Source: an uncultured cyanobacterium (GTDB lineage Bacteria > Cyanobacteriota > Cyanobacteriia > CAKZMO01). Taken from it: a DNA stretch of 64,000 nucleotides. This document shows positions 9,325 through 19,980 of this stretch, piece after piece. A model generated the notes under the pieces. The model saw only the letters and a list, made by a program, of their open reading frames with translations, was not told where the DNA came from and ran no database searches. Positions within the stretch are counted from its first letter, which is position 1, and the number at the start of each line of letters is the position of its first letter. The stretch covers positions 1-64,000 of the forward strand of contig CAVRCJ010000014.1 of the NCBI GenBank assembly GCA_963719515.1, in the 5' to 3' direction. The position numbers were made by a program, and so were the translations under genes.

Positions 9325-9981
9325 ATGTTTTTAGTTGTTGATGATCACGACATGGTGTTGGATGGAACGCTCAGCCGTCTCCAGAGCCGATATCCCGATA
9401 CTGAAATTTTGACGGCGCAGTGCGCTGATGATGCCCTTAACCATCTGCAAACAGCGACCCCCGACCTGCTGCTGCTTGACCTATCTATTCCTAAGGCTAC
9501 GGGCGGCGAGGCCCAGGTTGATGTCGGCCTACAGCTGCTGCGATCGCTGATGACAAACTACCCTGAGCTAAACATCACGGTGCAGAGTAGCTACGTCAAG
9601 GCGCTAGTGAGAGTCGTCCACAACATTGAAAGCCACGCGGGCGGGTTCACCGTTGCCAACAAAACGCTCCCCGCTCAAGAGATGCTGGCGCGGGTAGACT
9701 GGGCGCTACAGGGGCTCACCCACACTAAAGATATTGACGGTATGCGGGCCGGCCTAGAGATTAAGCCGGAGTGGTTTGAGGTGCTGCACTTGGCCTTTAA
9801 GGAAGGACTGCAGGACAAAGCGATCGCCCAGCGCATGTCGATTTCCGAGCGCACGGTCCGCCTTTACTGGAGCAAAGTCTACGACGTTCTGGGGATCTAT
9901 CCGGAAGATGGCCGCAGAGATGGGAAAAATATTAGAATTCAGACTGAGATCAAGGCCCGCGAGCTAGGGCTGATTGATTAA
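9325..9981 (+). CDS. NarL/LuxR-type response regulator
   Basis: LVVDDH and PDLLLLDLSIP receiver motifs; C-terminal GLQDKAIAQRMSISERTVRLY HTH. Confidence 0.9.
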   Translation: MFLVVDDHDMVLDGTLSRLQSRYPDTEILTAQCADDALNHLQTATPDLLLLDLSIPKATGGEAQVDVGLQLLRSLMTNYPELNITVQSSYVKALVRVVHNIESHAGGFTVANKTLPAQEMLARVDWALQGLTHTKDIDGMRAGLEIKPEWFEVLHLAFKEGLQDKAIAQRMSISERTVRLYWSKVYDVLGIYPEDGRRDGKNIRIQTEIKARELGLID

Positions 9982-10007
9982 AGCGGGTTCTAATTTGGAG
10001 GCGCATC

Positions 10008-11909
10008 ATGCCTCAGAAAACACCTTTCGCTAAACGGGCAGCAGAGCTGTTGCGCCGCGTGCTGCCTGGCCTCGGGGTAACGGGTTTAGTTATTGGCGCT
10101 CGGGCGCTGGGCCTACTGCAGCCGCTGGAGCTGTTTGCCTTCGATTGGATGCTGCGGTTTCGCCCTTCTGAGCCGCGCAGCGAGCGGGTTACCATCGTCA
10201 AAATTGATGAGGCTGACGTCGAGAAGTTGGGAGGCTATCCCATCACCCAAGAGACGCTGGCGAATATCGTAGAGCAGGTACGGCGGTATCAGCCAGCAGC
10301 TATCGGGGTCAATATCCTCAGCGACTTACTGGCAGAGGAGTCTTCAGACAAGCTAGTGAGACAATTTCAGCAAACGCCGACTCTATTTGCTGCAGATAAG
10401 GTGCTGCTGCCGCAAATTGCCCCAATCAATGGCGTTCCGTCAAGTCGGGTCGGCTTCTCTGATATTTATGTTGACAACCAAGATAGTCACCTGCGCCGCA
10501 TTATTCTTGGCGTGAGCGATCCCCTAAAGCCTAAGAACTACCGCTTCTCTTTTGCGATTCTTTTGTCACAGGCATACCTGGAGCCGCTCGACTACGAGCT
10601 ATTCAACGGGGTTGCTGACCCCCACACGATGCGGTTTGGCGAGGCCGAGATTCCACGGCTCAACTCGTACTCTGGAGGGTACATCGGCAGCATTCAGGAC
10701 AATGGTGTGCAAACGTTGATGAACTTTCGTAGTGGACCCGATCCGTTTCCTGTTCTCCACCTTCAGGCTTTAGGGTCACCTGAGCGGGCTGAAAACCTGA
10801 TCAAGGATCGGATCGTGATTATTGGCGTTTCCGACGTCCAGACCCGTCCCCCTGTCAAAACTAATGCGATCGCCATCAGTCAGCCCGACGGAACACCACA
10901 GGATAGAGTCGACGCCGTCGATATTCAGGCCCACGCCGTCAGCCAGATCCTCAGCGCCACCCTCGACAACCGTAAATTTCTAAAGACTTGGTCTGAGCCC
11001 TGGGAATACGCCTGGATTCTCCTATGGAGCGCCGTCGGCCTTGCCGTTTGGATCCGCCTCAACGCGCCCAACCGCATCTTGATGTACGTCCTCGCCACCA
11101 GCATCTTAGTAGCCGGCGTAAGCTACGTCTCTATCCTTTGGGGCTACTGGATTCCGCTAGTGCCGCCGCTGCTGCTGATTGCCTTCAACGGGTTTGAATG
11201 CGTCATTTTGAACGAGTATCAAGGTCTACAGGCCCGCAGCCGGGAGCGCAGACGGATTGCCAACGAGCGGCAGCGCGCCATCAAGCAAGCCTTCAACATC
11301 ATCCACAATGGTCCGCTGCAAAACCTAGCGAGCTTAATGCGCGCAACCCAAGATGAGGACATTCCCAAACAGCAGCTCGTTGACCAGCTTATTGCCTTGG
11401 ATGCCGAGATTCGGCAGATTAGCGACTATCTGATCAGCGAGGCCTTTACAAAAGAGAGCAGCTTTTACCTACAAAATGACTCCAGACTAGACCTAAAGCT
11501 ACCGCTGCACGAGCTGTTCTACCAGGTCTTCAGTAAAACTCTAGAGCGGGATTTGGTCGGATTTCGCGACATCAAGATCAAAATGCGGTCTTTTGAGCCA
11601 CTGGGCGAGAACAAGCTTGATTTTGACCACAAGCGGGAGCTGTGCCGTTTCTTGGAGGAGATGCTGTGCAACATCGGCAAGCACGCCATTGGCACCTCTC
11701 GGGTGCAGGCAACGGGCAAAATCAGCGATACCCACTACATCCTGCGGGTGGAGGACAACGGACCTGGCTTTTCCTCAGGGCGGAAGGGAGAAGGCACCAA
11801 ACAGGCTCACGGCATTGCCTCTCGGCTGGGGGGAGCCTTTAAGCGTCAGTCCAACAGCCGCCGCAAAGGAACGGGCTGCGAACTCGTTTGGCCGCTAAAA
11901 TCGATGTAA
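10008..11909 (+). CDS. CHASE2-domain sensor histidine kinase
   Basis: CHASE2 (LELFAFDWMLRFRP, IQAHAVSQILSA), three TM helices, IHNGPLQ His-box, NIGKHA / EDNGPG / GTG ATPase boxes. Confidence 0.88.
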   Translation: MPQKTPFAKRAAELLRRVLPGLGVTGLVIGARALGLLQPLELFAFDWMLRFRPSEPRSERVTIVKIDEADVEKLGGYPITQETLANIVEQVRRYQPAAIGVNILSDLLAEESSDKLVRQFQQTPTLFAADKVLLPQIAPINGVPSSRVGFSDIYVDNQDSHLRRIILGVSDPLKPKNYRFSFAILLSQAYLEPLDYELFNGVADPHTMRFGEAEIPRLNSYSGGYIGSIQDNGVQTLMNFRSGPDPFPVLHLQALGSPERAENLIKDRIVIIGVSDVQTRPPVKTNAIAISQPDGTPQDRVDAVDIQAHAVSQILSATLDNRKFLKTWSEPWEYAWILLWSAVGLAVWIRLNAPNRILMYVLATSILVAGVSYVSILWGYWIPLVPPLLLIAFNGFECVILNEYQGLQARSRERRRIANERQRAIKQAFNIIHNGPLQNLASLMRATQDEDIPKQQLVDQLIALDAEIRQISDYLISEAFTKESSFYLQNDSRLDLKLPLHELFYQVFSKTLERDLVGFRDIKIKMRSFEPLGENKLDFDHKRELCRFLEEMLCNIGKHAIGTSRVQATGKISDTHYILRVEDNGPGFSSGRKGEGTKQAHGIASRLGGAFKRQSNSRRKGTGCELVWPLKSM

Positions 11910-11925
11910 GTTTGGAACATATTTC

Positions 11926-12507
11926 ATGATCACGACTCTGGTTGTCGCTACGGGAAACCCCGGCAAGGTTGCCGAAATGGAGACCTATCTCAAACCCCTA
12001 GGGGTATCGCTACTTCTAAAGCCGAAGCACATCGACGTTGAAGAGACCGGCAGCACCTTTATGGAAAACGCTCGTCTCAAGGCATCTCAGGTGGCTAAGA
12101 CCATGAACCAATGGGCGATCGCCGACGATTCGGGGCTACAGGTCGACACCTTGGGCGGGGCTCCGGGACTCTACTCGGCCCGCTACGCCGCCACGCCTGA
12201 GGCCTGCATTGAACGGCTGCTTGAGGAGATGAGGGGCGATCGCGATCGCGGTGCCCAATTTGTATGCGCCATCGCAATCGCCGACCCCAACGGAGCGATC
12301 GCAATGGAGGCCGAAGGGCTCTGCCGCGGGCAAATCTTAGAGCACTCTCGCGGTGAGGGCGGCTTTGGCTACGACCCGGTGTTTTACGTCCCGACCGAGG
12401 AAATGACCTTTGCGGAAATGCCGCCGGACGTCAAAGACAAGATTAGCCATCGAGGACGGGCTTTTCAAGCGCTGATACCCGCCCTTAAGCCGCTGCTCGC
12501 AGCTTAA
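11926..12507 (+). CDS. rdgB: Non-canonical purine NTP pyrophosphatase (RdgB/Ham1)
   Basis: ATGNPGK, ENARLKA, ADDSGL, GAPGLYSARY, GFGYDPVF, KISHRGRA. Confidence 0.95.
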   Translation: MITTLVVATGNPGKVAEMETYLKPLGVSLLLKPKHIDVEETGSTFMENARLKASQVAKTMNQWAIADDSGLQVDTLGGAPGLYSARYAATPEACIERLLEEMRGDRDRGAQFVCAIAIADPNGAIAMEAEGLCRGQILEHSRGEGGFGYDPVFYVPTEEMTFAEMPPDVKDKISHRGRAFQALIPALKPLLAA

Positions 12508-12518
12508 ACGACTCCGCC

Positions 12519-12890
<372 letters not shown>

Positions 12891-12939
12891 CTACCGCCAT
12901 CGCCTCACCGTTTCTAGCACCGCCCCTCCCCCCTGGGTT

Positions 12940-12953
12940 GTTACGAGAGATAC
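12940..12953 (-). promoter_or_regulatory. Possible NtcA box upstream of glnB
   Basis: Minus strand GTATCTCTCGTAAC (GTA-N8-AAC) lies about 23 nt before TAGAAA, itself preceded by TGn. glnB is a known NtcA target. Confidence 0.45.
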
Positions 12954-12997
12954 TATTTTACTTTGCTGGGCTGTCTCATCCAGTGCGCATCAGCGGG

Positions 12998-13738
12998 CTA
13001 CGGCTGGGATTGACTCCAGGCAGGATGAGCCATGAGCGCGGCCATTACCCGTACCCCCCGAAGCTGGTTTGATAGAGGCAGGTGACCTTGGGGGGCCGCC
13101 AGGCTCCAGGTAAATCCGTCCGGGTAGCGAGTCCAGGTTTCACTACGCCAGCCAATTTTAGGCCAAAGGCGCTCCCAGTTTTCTCCCAGACTAAGCCACA
13201 GGTCGCGCTGCACCGAGAAGCCGAATTTGCCTTGGGAGAAGATGCGCCACAGCAAATCCATCGTCTTCAGGTCAGCGACGGGAAACTGCTTCACCTCTGA
13301 GAAGTACAGCCATTTGCGATCGATTGCCGCCGGTCCTGCTAGCTCACACAGCTTCTCTAGGGTGGTGCGGTCGGCGGCCTGGAAGTCCTGAGCCATCAGG
13401 TGCTGACGCAGCGGTGCGTAGTCGATATGGCGATCGCTCGGCATCGGGATGAGGGCAGCGGCTAGCGCTTTTAGGCTGTCGTCAGCCGCGGGCTCTTGGG
13501 CCAGCATCTGCAGCGCATAGCCTTCCGCAGGCGTCGCTTGAGACTGTCGCTTGAGAAAGCGTAGCAGCACCTCTGATTGTCCCGCCTTAGAAGCGGAGTC
13601 GATTAGGGTCAGCTGCTGCTTTAGTCCGCTGTTGCACAGCTGCTCAACCACGTCTTCCGGCAGATCTTCCCCAACCCCAGCATCGGCGGAGGCCGCATTG
13701 GTCGGTATCTCAGGGGTGGATGAAATCAAGTCGTTCAT
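12998..13738 (-). CDS. gun4: GUN4 (Ycf53) porphyrin-binding Mg-chelatase activator
   Basis: IDYAPLRQHLMAQDFQAADR, RKWLYFSEV, GKFGFSVQ, WTRYPDGFTW, GHLPLSNQLRG. Start taken at ATG 13738. Confidence 0.9.
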   Translation of the reverse strand: MNDLISSTPEIPTNAASADAGVGEDLPEDVVEQLCNSGLKQQLTLIDSASKAGQSEVLLRFLKRQSQATPAEGYALQMLAQEPAADDSLKALAAALIPMPSDRHIDYAPLRQHLMAQDFQAADRTTLEKLCELAGPAAIDRKWLYFSEVKQFPVADLKTMDLLWRIFSQGKFGFSVQRDLWLSLGENWERLWPKIGWRSETWTRYPDGFTWSLAAPQGHLPLSNQLRGVRVMAALMAHPAWSQSQP

Positions 13739-13970
13739 TGTGTTGGGGCGAGAGCGAGTATCTATCACCAATTGTCTACCAAATTGAAGATGACCCAACG
13801 CCAGAGTAGCCTCTGGCAAAGCCTCAGCAGGGCTGAATCACCCCTCATTCTAATGGGTATTCCTACCGGTTAGGCGCGGGAAGCCATTAGTTAATGCAAT
13901 ACTTAGCATCAATATCATGGCCCTTTGCGCTGTGTAAACTTCTGAGCGTATAAATCGACTCTGTAAGCTT

Positions 13971-14474
13971 TCAGCAGGCCGTCACCTCGAGAATCCGCTT
14001 CACAATAGCGGTCGTTGAGGACGGCACCTCAATGGCAATGAGTTCCACCCGTCCTCCGTAGGCGGCGACAGCAGCGGCTTCTGGTAAAGTCTCGATTTGA
14101 TAGTCGCCGCCCTTAGCGTAGACCTCGGGCTGCAGCGCCTCGACCAAAGCCGTGGCTGTCGTCTCAGAAAAAATGACTACGGCGTCTACGGCCCGTAAAG
14201 CCGCTAAAACTTCAGCCCGGCCCTGCTCTGGGACAATAGGGCGGACGGGCTTGCCCGCTGAGGCGGGCTTGATTTGCTGCACAGAGCGATCGCTGTTGAG
14301 CCCCACGACCAAGGCCCCCCCCAGCGCTCGGGCAGCGGTGAGGTAGCGCACGTGACCCGCGTGCAGGAGGTCAAAGCAGCCGTTGGTGACCACTAGGGGT
14401 CGCCAGGTCTCGGGGGAGGCCGCGATCGCCTGCTGAAGGTCTCTGAGGGTATACAGACCAGAAGCTGGGGGCAT
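13971..14474 (-). CDS. RfaE/HldE domain II-type adenylyl/cytidylyltransferase
   Basis: TNGCFDLLHAGHVRYL, VVGLNSDRSV, KGGDY, SSTTAIV. Confidence 0.9.
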   Translation of the reverse strand: MPPASGLYTLRDLQQAIAASPETWRPLVVTNGCFDLLHAGHVRYLTAARALGGALVVGLNSDRSVQQIKPASAGKPVRPIVPEQGRAEVLAALRAVDAVVIFSETTATALVEALQPEVYAKGGDYQIETLPEAAAVAAYGGRVELIAIEVPSSTTAIVKRILEVTAC

Positions 14475-14554
14475 GGGATATAGGAGACGGTGGTAACACC
14501 ATTCACGTTATCCTGTTTCGGTCGAGCCTCACAGGTAAGCTGCCCTCGAAGGTC

Positions 14555-16390
14555 ATGTCGATTCGCCGTTCCGCTGACAACAGAGAGGGACGCCCCGCAC
14601 CGTTTTGGGCCGGAGGGGTCTCCTACCCTATCCTGCTGCTGGTCATTACCCTGCTGGGCGCGGGGCTACGGCTGTGGCACCTGGGCGATAAGCCTCTCTG
14701 GCTCGATGAGGCGATCGCTGCGCTGTTTAGCCTAGGGCGGAAGCTAGAGGATGTGCCCCTCAATCAAGCATTTCCCCTAGAACGGCTTGACGACCTGTTC
14801 ACCTACCGTCCTGGCGTCTCCTGCAGAGACATTGCCCAAACGGTCGCCACCCAGTCGGTGCATCCGCCCGTCTTCTTTTGCCTTATGTATCGCTGGATGG
14901 GAGGAATACTGCCCTACGCCGATAGCTGGGTTTGGGCAATGCGGGCGCTGCCGGCCTTGTTCGGAAGCCTGATGATTCCCCTGGGGTATGGGTTGGGCCG
15001 TCTGGCGGTGTCCCCGCGCGTCGGGCTGGCTACGGCGGCGCTCATTGCCGTCTCCCCCTTTGCCGTCTACCTGTCTCAGGAGGCGCGCCACTACACCTTG
15101 CCGATGGCGCTGATCGCCGTTGCTCTAGGACTGCTGCTTCGGCTTCAGCAAGCCTCAGAGCGCTCCGGTCGCTGGACTAGGCGCGGGCTGTGGGTGGCTT
15201 GGGCCATAGTCAACCTCATTGGCCTTTACGTCCACTACTTTTTTTTACTGACGGTAGTGGCTCAGGCGATCGCCTTTGGCCTGTGGGTTGGGCTGGAAGC
15301 TGGGGGCACAAAGCCATCATCTCGGTGGACCTGTCTGCAAGACTTGGGGATTGCCCTGGTGATCATCGTTCTCGGCTATCTGCCGTGGTTGCCCACAATG
15401 CTGAGCCACCTTGGCCGCCCTGAGACCGACTGGCTTAAGCCCTATAATCCTGACTGGCGCGATCGCCTTGCGCCGCTGTATCAGCTCCCCAGCGGCTGGA
15501 TTTTGTCCGTCGTGGCCCTGCCCTTAGAGAATCAACCCACCGCGATCGCCGTTCCCGCCGCGATCGGGATGCTGGTGGTCGGCGTTGGGTTGGGCGGGTA
15601 TACGGTTCGAGGGCTGTGGCAGCTGCGCCGTGCGCCAGCGATTCGCTTTCTAGCGACGTTCGTCGGGGGAGTGCTGCTTCAGTTTTTGGCGATCGTCTAC
15701 ATTCTAGACAAAGACATCACCGCCATCCCCCGCTACAACTTTGTGTACTACCCTGCGCTGGTAGTTCTAATTGCCGCTGGACTCACCGCAAGCCCCCAGC
15801 AGGCGATTAAGAAGGGGCGGAGAGGCTATAGCCTGTGGTCCCCCCTCACCGTGGCCCTACTCGCCGGAGTCGTGAGCAGCCTGCTTGTCGTCCAGGGAAT
15901 CGTATTTCAAAAAGGCTACCGCCCCAATCAGGTGGCTCAAGACATGACATTCGAGGCCGATGTCCCTATTCTGATGGCCGTCAGCTATCAATCGCTGCAG
16001 GAGGTGGCCTTAGGGCTGAGCTTTGCCTTAGAGCTGCAGCGGCAAACCGACAGGGACGCGGTAGCCCCAAGCCCGCCCATAGCCTTAGCGTTTGTCTATC
16101 GCGAAGGGGGCTACGGGCCGGTGTGGCAGCAGTTTCCACAGCTGCGACCCGATCTGCCGCTGCCGCTCAATCTCTGGGTTGTGGCTTCCCCAGGCATGAA
16201 AACGAAGGACTATCCCAACCGCCTGCGTCTGCGCACCCTAACCGATGACGCAAACCGAACCGGTGGCACAGGACGCTGCGCCATCGTGCCCGAGCGCTTC
16301 AACCGCATTGGCTTCCCCTACCAGCTGTTTCGCTGCCAAGCGCCGGGGCAGCTCTCTAGGCAATCCCCTAAACAATCTTCTGGCGAATAG
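14555..16390 (+). CDS. Glycosyltransferase family 39 (PMT-like) membrane protein
   Basis: LWLDEA, HPPVFF, SQEARHYTL and many TM segments. Confidence 0.85.
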   Translation: MSIRRSADNREGRPAPFWAGGVSYPILLLVITLLGAGLRLWHLGDKPLWLDEAIAALFSLGRKLEDVPLNQAFPLERLDDLFTYRPGVSCRDIAQTVATQSVHPPVFFCLMYRWMGGILPYADSWVWAMRALPALFGSLMIPLGYGLGRLAVSPRVGLATAALIAVSPFAVYLSQEARHYTLPMALIAVALGLLLRLQQASERSGRWTRRGLWVAWAIVNLIGLYVHYFFLLTVVAQAIAFGLWVGLEAGGTKPSSRWTCLQDLGIALVIIVLGYLPWLPTMLSHLGRPETDWLKPYNPDWRDRLAPLYQLPSGWILSVVALPLENQPTAIAVPAAIGMLVVGVGLGGYTVRGLWQLRRAPAIRFLATFVGGVLLQFLAIVYILDKDITAIPRYNFVYYPALVVLIAAGLTASPQQAIKKGRRGYSLWSPLTVALLAGVVSSLLVVQGIVFQKGYRPNQVAQDMTFEADVPILMAVSYQSLQEVALGLSFALELQRQTDRDAVAPSPPIALAFVYREGGYGPVWQQFPQLRPDLPLPLNLWVVASPGMKTKDYPNRLRLRTLTDDANRTGGTGRCAIVPERFNRIGFPYQLFRCQAPGQLSRQSPKQSSGE

Positions 16391-16411
16391 CTTCTGAAGA
16401 ATAGCCCGGCC

Positions 16412-17392
16412 CTAGCGGCTGAACATCCGCATGCCCTCGACGTAGTTAGACGGGTCTTGAGCCACCCATCCCATATCAGAGTTTTCCCGGACCTCAAAGT
16501 GCAGGTGCGGCGAAGGGACTGCCGACTGCCCCGAGGCAGCGATCGCCTCTCCTCGGTCCACCGATTGCCCAACGCTCACCTGAATTTCTCCAAGCTGAGC
16601 GTAGCGGCTCTGTAGCCCATCGCGGTGGTTAATGACTACGAGATTGCCGTAGCTGCCCTGCTCCCCGGTAAAAGCAACAACACCGCCGTCAACGGCTAGC
16701 ACGGGGGTTCCGATCGCCGCCTCTAAGTCGACGCCGCTGTGAAACTCTACGTCGTCCTGAGCGGCGTTCACCTGCCAGCCATAGTCTGCAATCACATCCG
16801 CTGCCGCCGGTAGCGGGTAGCCCGGCAGCTTGCGCGCCTGGGAGGGCTGAGCCACGCTAGGGGACCAGTTCACCCCTGGCACAAACACTAAGTCGGCGAT
16901 CTCCCGGCAGCCGTTGAGCTCAAACAGCACGTCAGCTCGGACCCCGTAGCGAGCGCCCAAGTCTTGCCAGGTCATATCAGGGCTGGGCCGGGTGACAATC
17001 CCGTTGTAGGGCGGAATCTGCAGCGTCGTTCCAGCCGCTGGGGCTCGGTTGGCAAGACCTGGGTTGAGGCCAATCAGGGTCGCGGGCAGCAGCGTGTAGT
17101 CGCGAGCAATACTGTCCAGGGTTTCCCCTGCCGTGACTTGATGCTCCACTAGGCGAGATAGAACCGGCGGCGGGCAGGCGTCTTCTAGCGCAGTCGGTTC
17201 CGCCGCGTGGGTGACCGACGGGAGCAGGGCCGAAGCGATCGCCGTGAGGGCGGCAAGCCGGCGGGCCCAATCGGTTCTAGAGGGATATACGCTGGAAACC
17301 GGCGGGCAAAAGCGTTGAGATTTACAGAAACTAAACATAGGCAATTTTTCAAAGTTTGTTGGCGAAGATAGAGGGACAGACAACGCCTTCAA
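16412..17392 (-). CDS. LysM + peptidase M23 family protein (true start possibly 17338 or later)
   Basis: LysM HQVTAGETLDSIA...NPGL. M23 FHSGVDL, YGNLVVINH, PHLHFEVR. Confidence 0.88.
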   Translation of the reverse strand: MKALSVPLSSPTNFEKLPMFSFCKSQRFCPPVSSVYPSRTDWARRLAALTAIASALLPSVTHAAEPTALEDACPPPVLSRLVEHQVTAGETLDSIARDYTLLPATLIGLNPGLANRAPAAGTTLQIPPYNGIVTRPSPDMTWQDLGARYGVRADVLFELNGCREIADLVFVPGVNWSPSVAQPSQARKLPGYPLPAAADVIADYGWQVNAAQDDVEFHSGVDLEAAIGTPVLAVDGGVVAFTGEQGSYGNLVVINHRDGLQSRYAQLGEIQVSVGQSVDRGEAIAASGQSAVPSPHLHFEVRENSDMGWVAQDPSNYVEGMRMFSR

Positions 17393-17739
17393 CGCTGTCG
17401 CTATTGACCTGAACTAAACGGGCTCCAAAAGCCAAAATACCCATTCCCATCTATAGCCTCTCTACCAGTATCCATTTCAGGGCAAGCCCAAACGGAGGCT
17501 GAGCCCTCTAGGCGCTAAACCCTCTAGAACTATCCGATTCTAAGTGGCCTCGATCCGGAGTGTCTCTCGCTCCCCATACGCCGACGCGGTAGAAATGCCG
17601 CTACGACCTCTCTTTCGCATTTTAACCAACGAGAGAAAGCCCTCAAGAATTCACCGACTTCTAGGGCAGCTCAGCTACACTGAAGGGGAAGGATGTAGGA
17701 CGCTGCTGAACAATTAGGCTTGGGGATGTCGTCAGAGCT

Positions 17740-18930
17740 ATGGGTAACTTTTCGAAGAAGCTGCAAATTTTAGCCGCGTTTTTAGTTGGGGGCAGCGTTG
17801 GCCTTGGGGTCAGTCAAGCCCAGCGTCTACCGCAGCAGACGCTACAGCCCGCTACTCCCCCCACTGCATCCTTCACGGCAACGCCGAGCACCCTACTCCA
17901 GCGGCCGCCAGAGCCCCAAAGCAACAACGCTAATTTTATTGCAGCTGCAGCTGAGCAGGTTGGGCCTGCCGTAGTTCGCATTGATTCTTCGCGCACCGTT
18001 TCAAATCGCTTACCCAGCGCATTTCAAAACCCCATGTTTCGGCGCTTTTTTGGGGAAGAAACTCCCGACTCCGAACGGGTGGAGCGAGGCACCGGTTCGG
18101 GCTTTATCCTGAGCGCTGATGGGAGGGTGGTGACCAATGCCCATGTGGTGGACAACGCCGACAGCGTTGAGGTAACCCTCAAGGACGGGCGCACGTTTGA
18201 AGGTCGGGTGATGGGCACTGACCCCGTCACCGACGTCGCCGTCATCAAAATTGAAGCGGATAGTCTACCGGTAGTTACCCTGGGCAGCTCCGAAGATTTG
18301 GTGCCAGGGCAGTGGGCGATCGCCATTGGCAACCCCCTGGGCCTCGACAATACCGTGACAGCAGGCATTATCAGCGCCTTAGAGCGCTCAAGTTCCCAAG
18401 TTGGGATTCCCAACAAGCGGGTGCGCTTTATCCAAACCGACGCTGCTATTAATCCCGGAAACTCAGGGGGGCCGCTGCTTAATGACCGAGGCGAGGTCAT
18501 CGGCATCAATACCGCTATTCGAGCAGATGCCCAGGGATTAGGGTTTGCCATCCCCATTGAGACGGCCTTTCGCATTGCCGAAGAGCTGTTTTCCAACGGC
18601 GAGGTCCAGCATCCCTACATCGGCATCCAGATGATTGAGCTGTCAGCCGAAACGAAAAAGCAGTTCAACGAAGACAATCCTTGGGGACTCAAGGTCAGCC
18701 CAGAGTTGGGGGTGCTGATTTTGCGGATTATGCCGAACACCCCTGCGGCAGAAGCCGACATGAGGATCGGGGACGTAATTCTATCGATCGATGGCTTTGA
18801 GGTCGCGACCGCTCAAGATGTTCAAGATCGCGTCGAGGCGAGCGACATCGGTGAAGCGCTGAGCATTGAAATTGACCGTGAGGGGAAATCAATGACCGTT
18901 GACCTCAGGCCCACAAAGCTGCCTAGCTAG
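17740..18930 (+). CDS. HtrA/HhoA/HhoB family serine protease with PDZ domain
   Basis: GTGSGFI, TNAHVV, DVAVIK, IQTDAAINPGNSGGPL, C-terminal PDZ. Confidence 0.95.
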   Translation: MGNFSKKLQILAAFLVGGSVGLGVSQAQRLPQQTLQPATPPTASFTATPSTLLQRPPEPQSNNANFIAAAAEQVGPAVVRIDSSRTVSNRLPSAFQNPMFRRFFGEETPDSERVERGTGSGFILSADGRVVTNAHVVDNADSVEVTLKDGRTFEGRVMGTDPVTDVAVIKIEADSLPVVTLGSSEDLVPGQWAIAIGNPLGLDNTVTAGIISALERSSSQVGIPNKRVRFIQTDAAINPGNSGGPLLNDRGEVIGINTAIRADAQGLGFAIPIETAFRIAEELFSNGEVQHPYIGIQMIELSAETKKQFNEDNPWGLKVSPELGVLILRIMPNTPAAEADMRIGDVILSIDGFEVATAQDVQDRVEASDIGEALSIEIDREGKSMTVDLRPTKLPS

Positions 18931-18991
18931 CAGGGTCTGAGGCGGTCTTATCTGCAGGCGGTCTTATCCGCGCGGGGGCGTGCCTCTGCGG

Positions 18992-19360
18992 CTACTCTTC
19001 AGTGTCGCAGTCGCCGTATTCACGAGTTGAGATGCGTACCGACCCCGCTACGCCGTCCTCTAGCTCCATCCGCTGCTCCATCCGTCGCAAAAAATATCCC
19101 GTCATCATGGCAGAGGCAAGCAGGCTGGCCAGGTTGTCCTTATCCGTCGTCACCTGGATGTTGAAGGCCTCGTTGGGGAGCACACCGACAAGCCCCTGAA
19201 CGTTCTGGGAGACAATTTCCTTGACGTCTGCCGTTACCGTCTTGGCTACGCGCGACAGCACCTCCGGTGGCTGATGCTGCATATACTGCAACAGCTGATT
19301 GGCCTGATTCTCGTCATCAGACTCTTCAAAAAAGCTGGCGCTGTTGGAAGGAAAAACCAT
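18992..19360 (-). CDS. DUF760 family protein
   Basis: NQLLQYMQHQPPEVL...QNVQGLVGVLP...LASAMMTGYFLRRMEQRMELE. Confidence 0.85.
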   Translation of the reverse strand: MVFPSNSASFFEESDDENQANQLLQYMQHQPPEVLSRVAKTVTADVKEIVSQNVQGLVGVLPNEAFNIQVTTDKDNLASLLASAMMTGYFLRRMEQRMELEDGVAGSVRISTREYGDCDTEE

Positions 19361-19464
19361 GAGTGCCTGTTCGCTCTACATTGATACCTATTGTTACATC
19401 TATATAGACGAGTCTGCCCACCCGAGCAAGGGGGAAAATCATACCCTCATCGTTTTTTCACACG

Positions 19465-19947
19465 CTAGGCCGGGCTGTCGAAGGGCGCTGGCAGCTTATC
19501 GACCTGGAAATATTGGTAGAACTTATCAGTGACTTGAAGCCAAAAGGAGCGTCCGTCAGACTGTCGTCGCTTGCGCACAAGCCCTAGGCTCACCAGCTCT
19601 TGCACATGCTGATACGCGCCCGATCCCCGCAGGTCGATGAGGTCGGTTTGTACAATTGGTCCGTTGAGGGCGATCGCCGCCAGGGTGCGCAGTGCCCCGA
19701 CCCCTAGGTCTACCGGCACCAGGGTCTCTACAAGTCCCTGATAGGCCTCCCGCAGCTGCAGGCAGTATCCCGATTCAACTTTAGCGACCTCTAGCGCCCC
19801 TTCTCGCTCACCGTAGCGCGCTATCAGCTCAGCTAGCCCCGACTTGATCTGCTTGCGATCGCAACCCGCGTGCTCTGCAATCTGGGCCACCGTCAAGGGC
19901 TGGCCTTTGAGGTACAAAATGGCCTCAATAGTATCTGCAAGCGCCAT
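19465..19947 (-). CDS. scpB: SMC-Scp complex subunit ScpB
   Basis: IEAILYLKGQPL, ALRTLAAIA, LIDLRGSGAYQHVQEL, VTDKFYQYF. Confidence 0.92.
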   Translation of the reverse strand: MALADTIEAILYLKGQPLTVAQIAEHAGCDRKQIKSGLAELIARYGEREGALEVAKVESGYCLQLREAYQGLVETLVPVDLGVGALRTLAAIALNGPIVQTDLIDLRGSGAYQHVQELVSLGLVRKRRQSDGRSFWLQVTDKFYQYFQVDKLPAPFDSPA

Positions 19948-19980
19948 CTCATCTAACCTCTCTGTGAGAACAAAGCACCG

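Noticed and set aside
18941..18970. GGCGGTCTTATC twice between convergent genes
   Set aside because: Only two short copies; probably local slippage.
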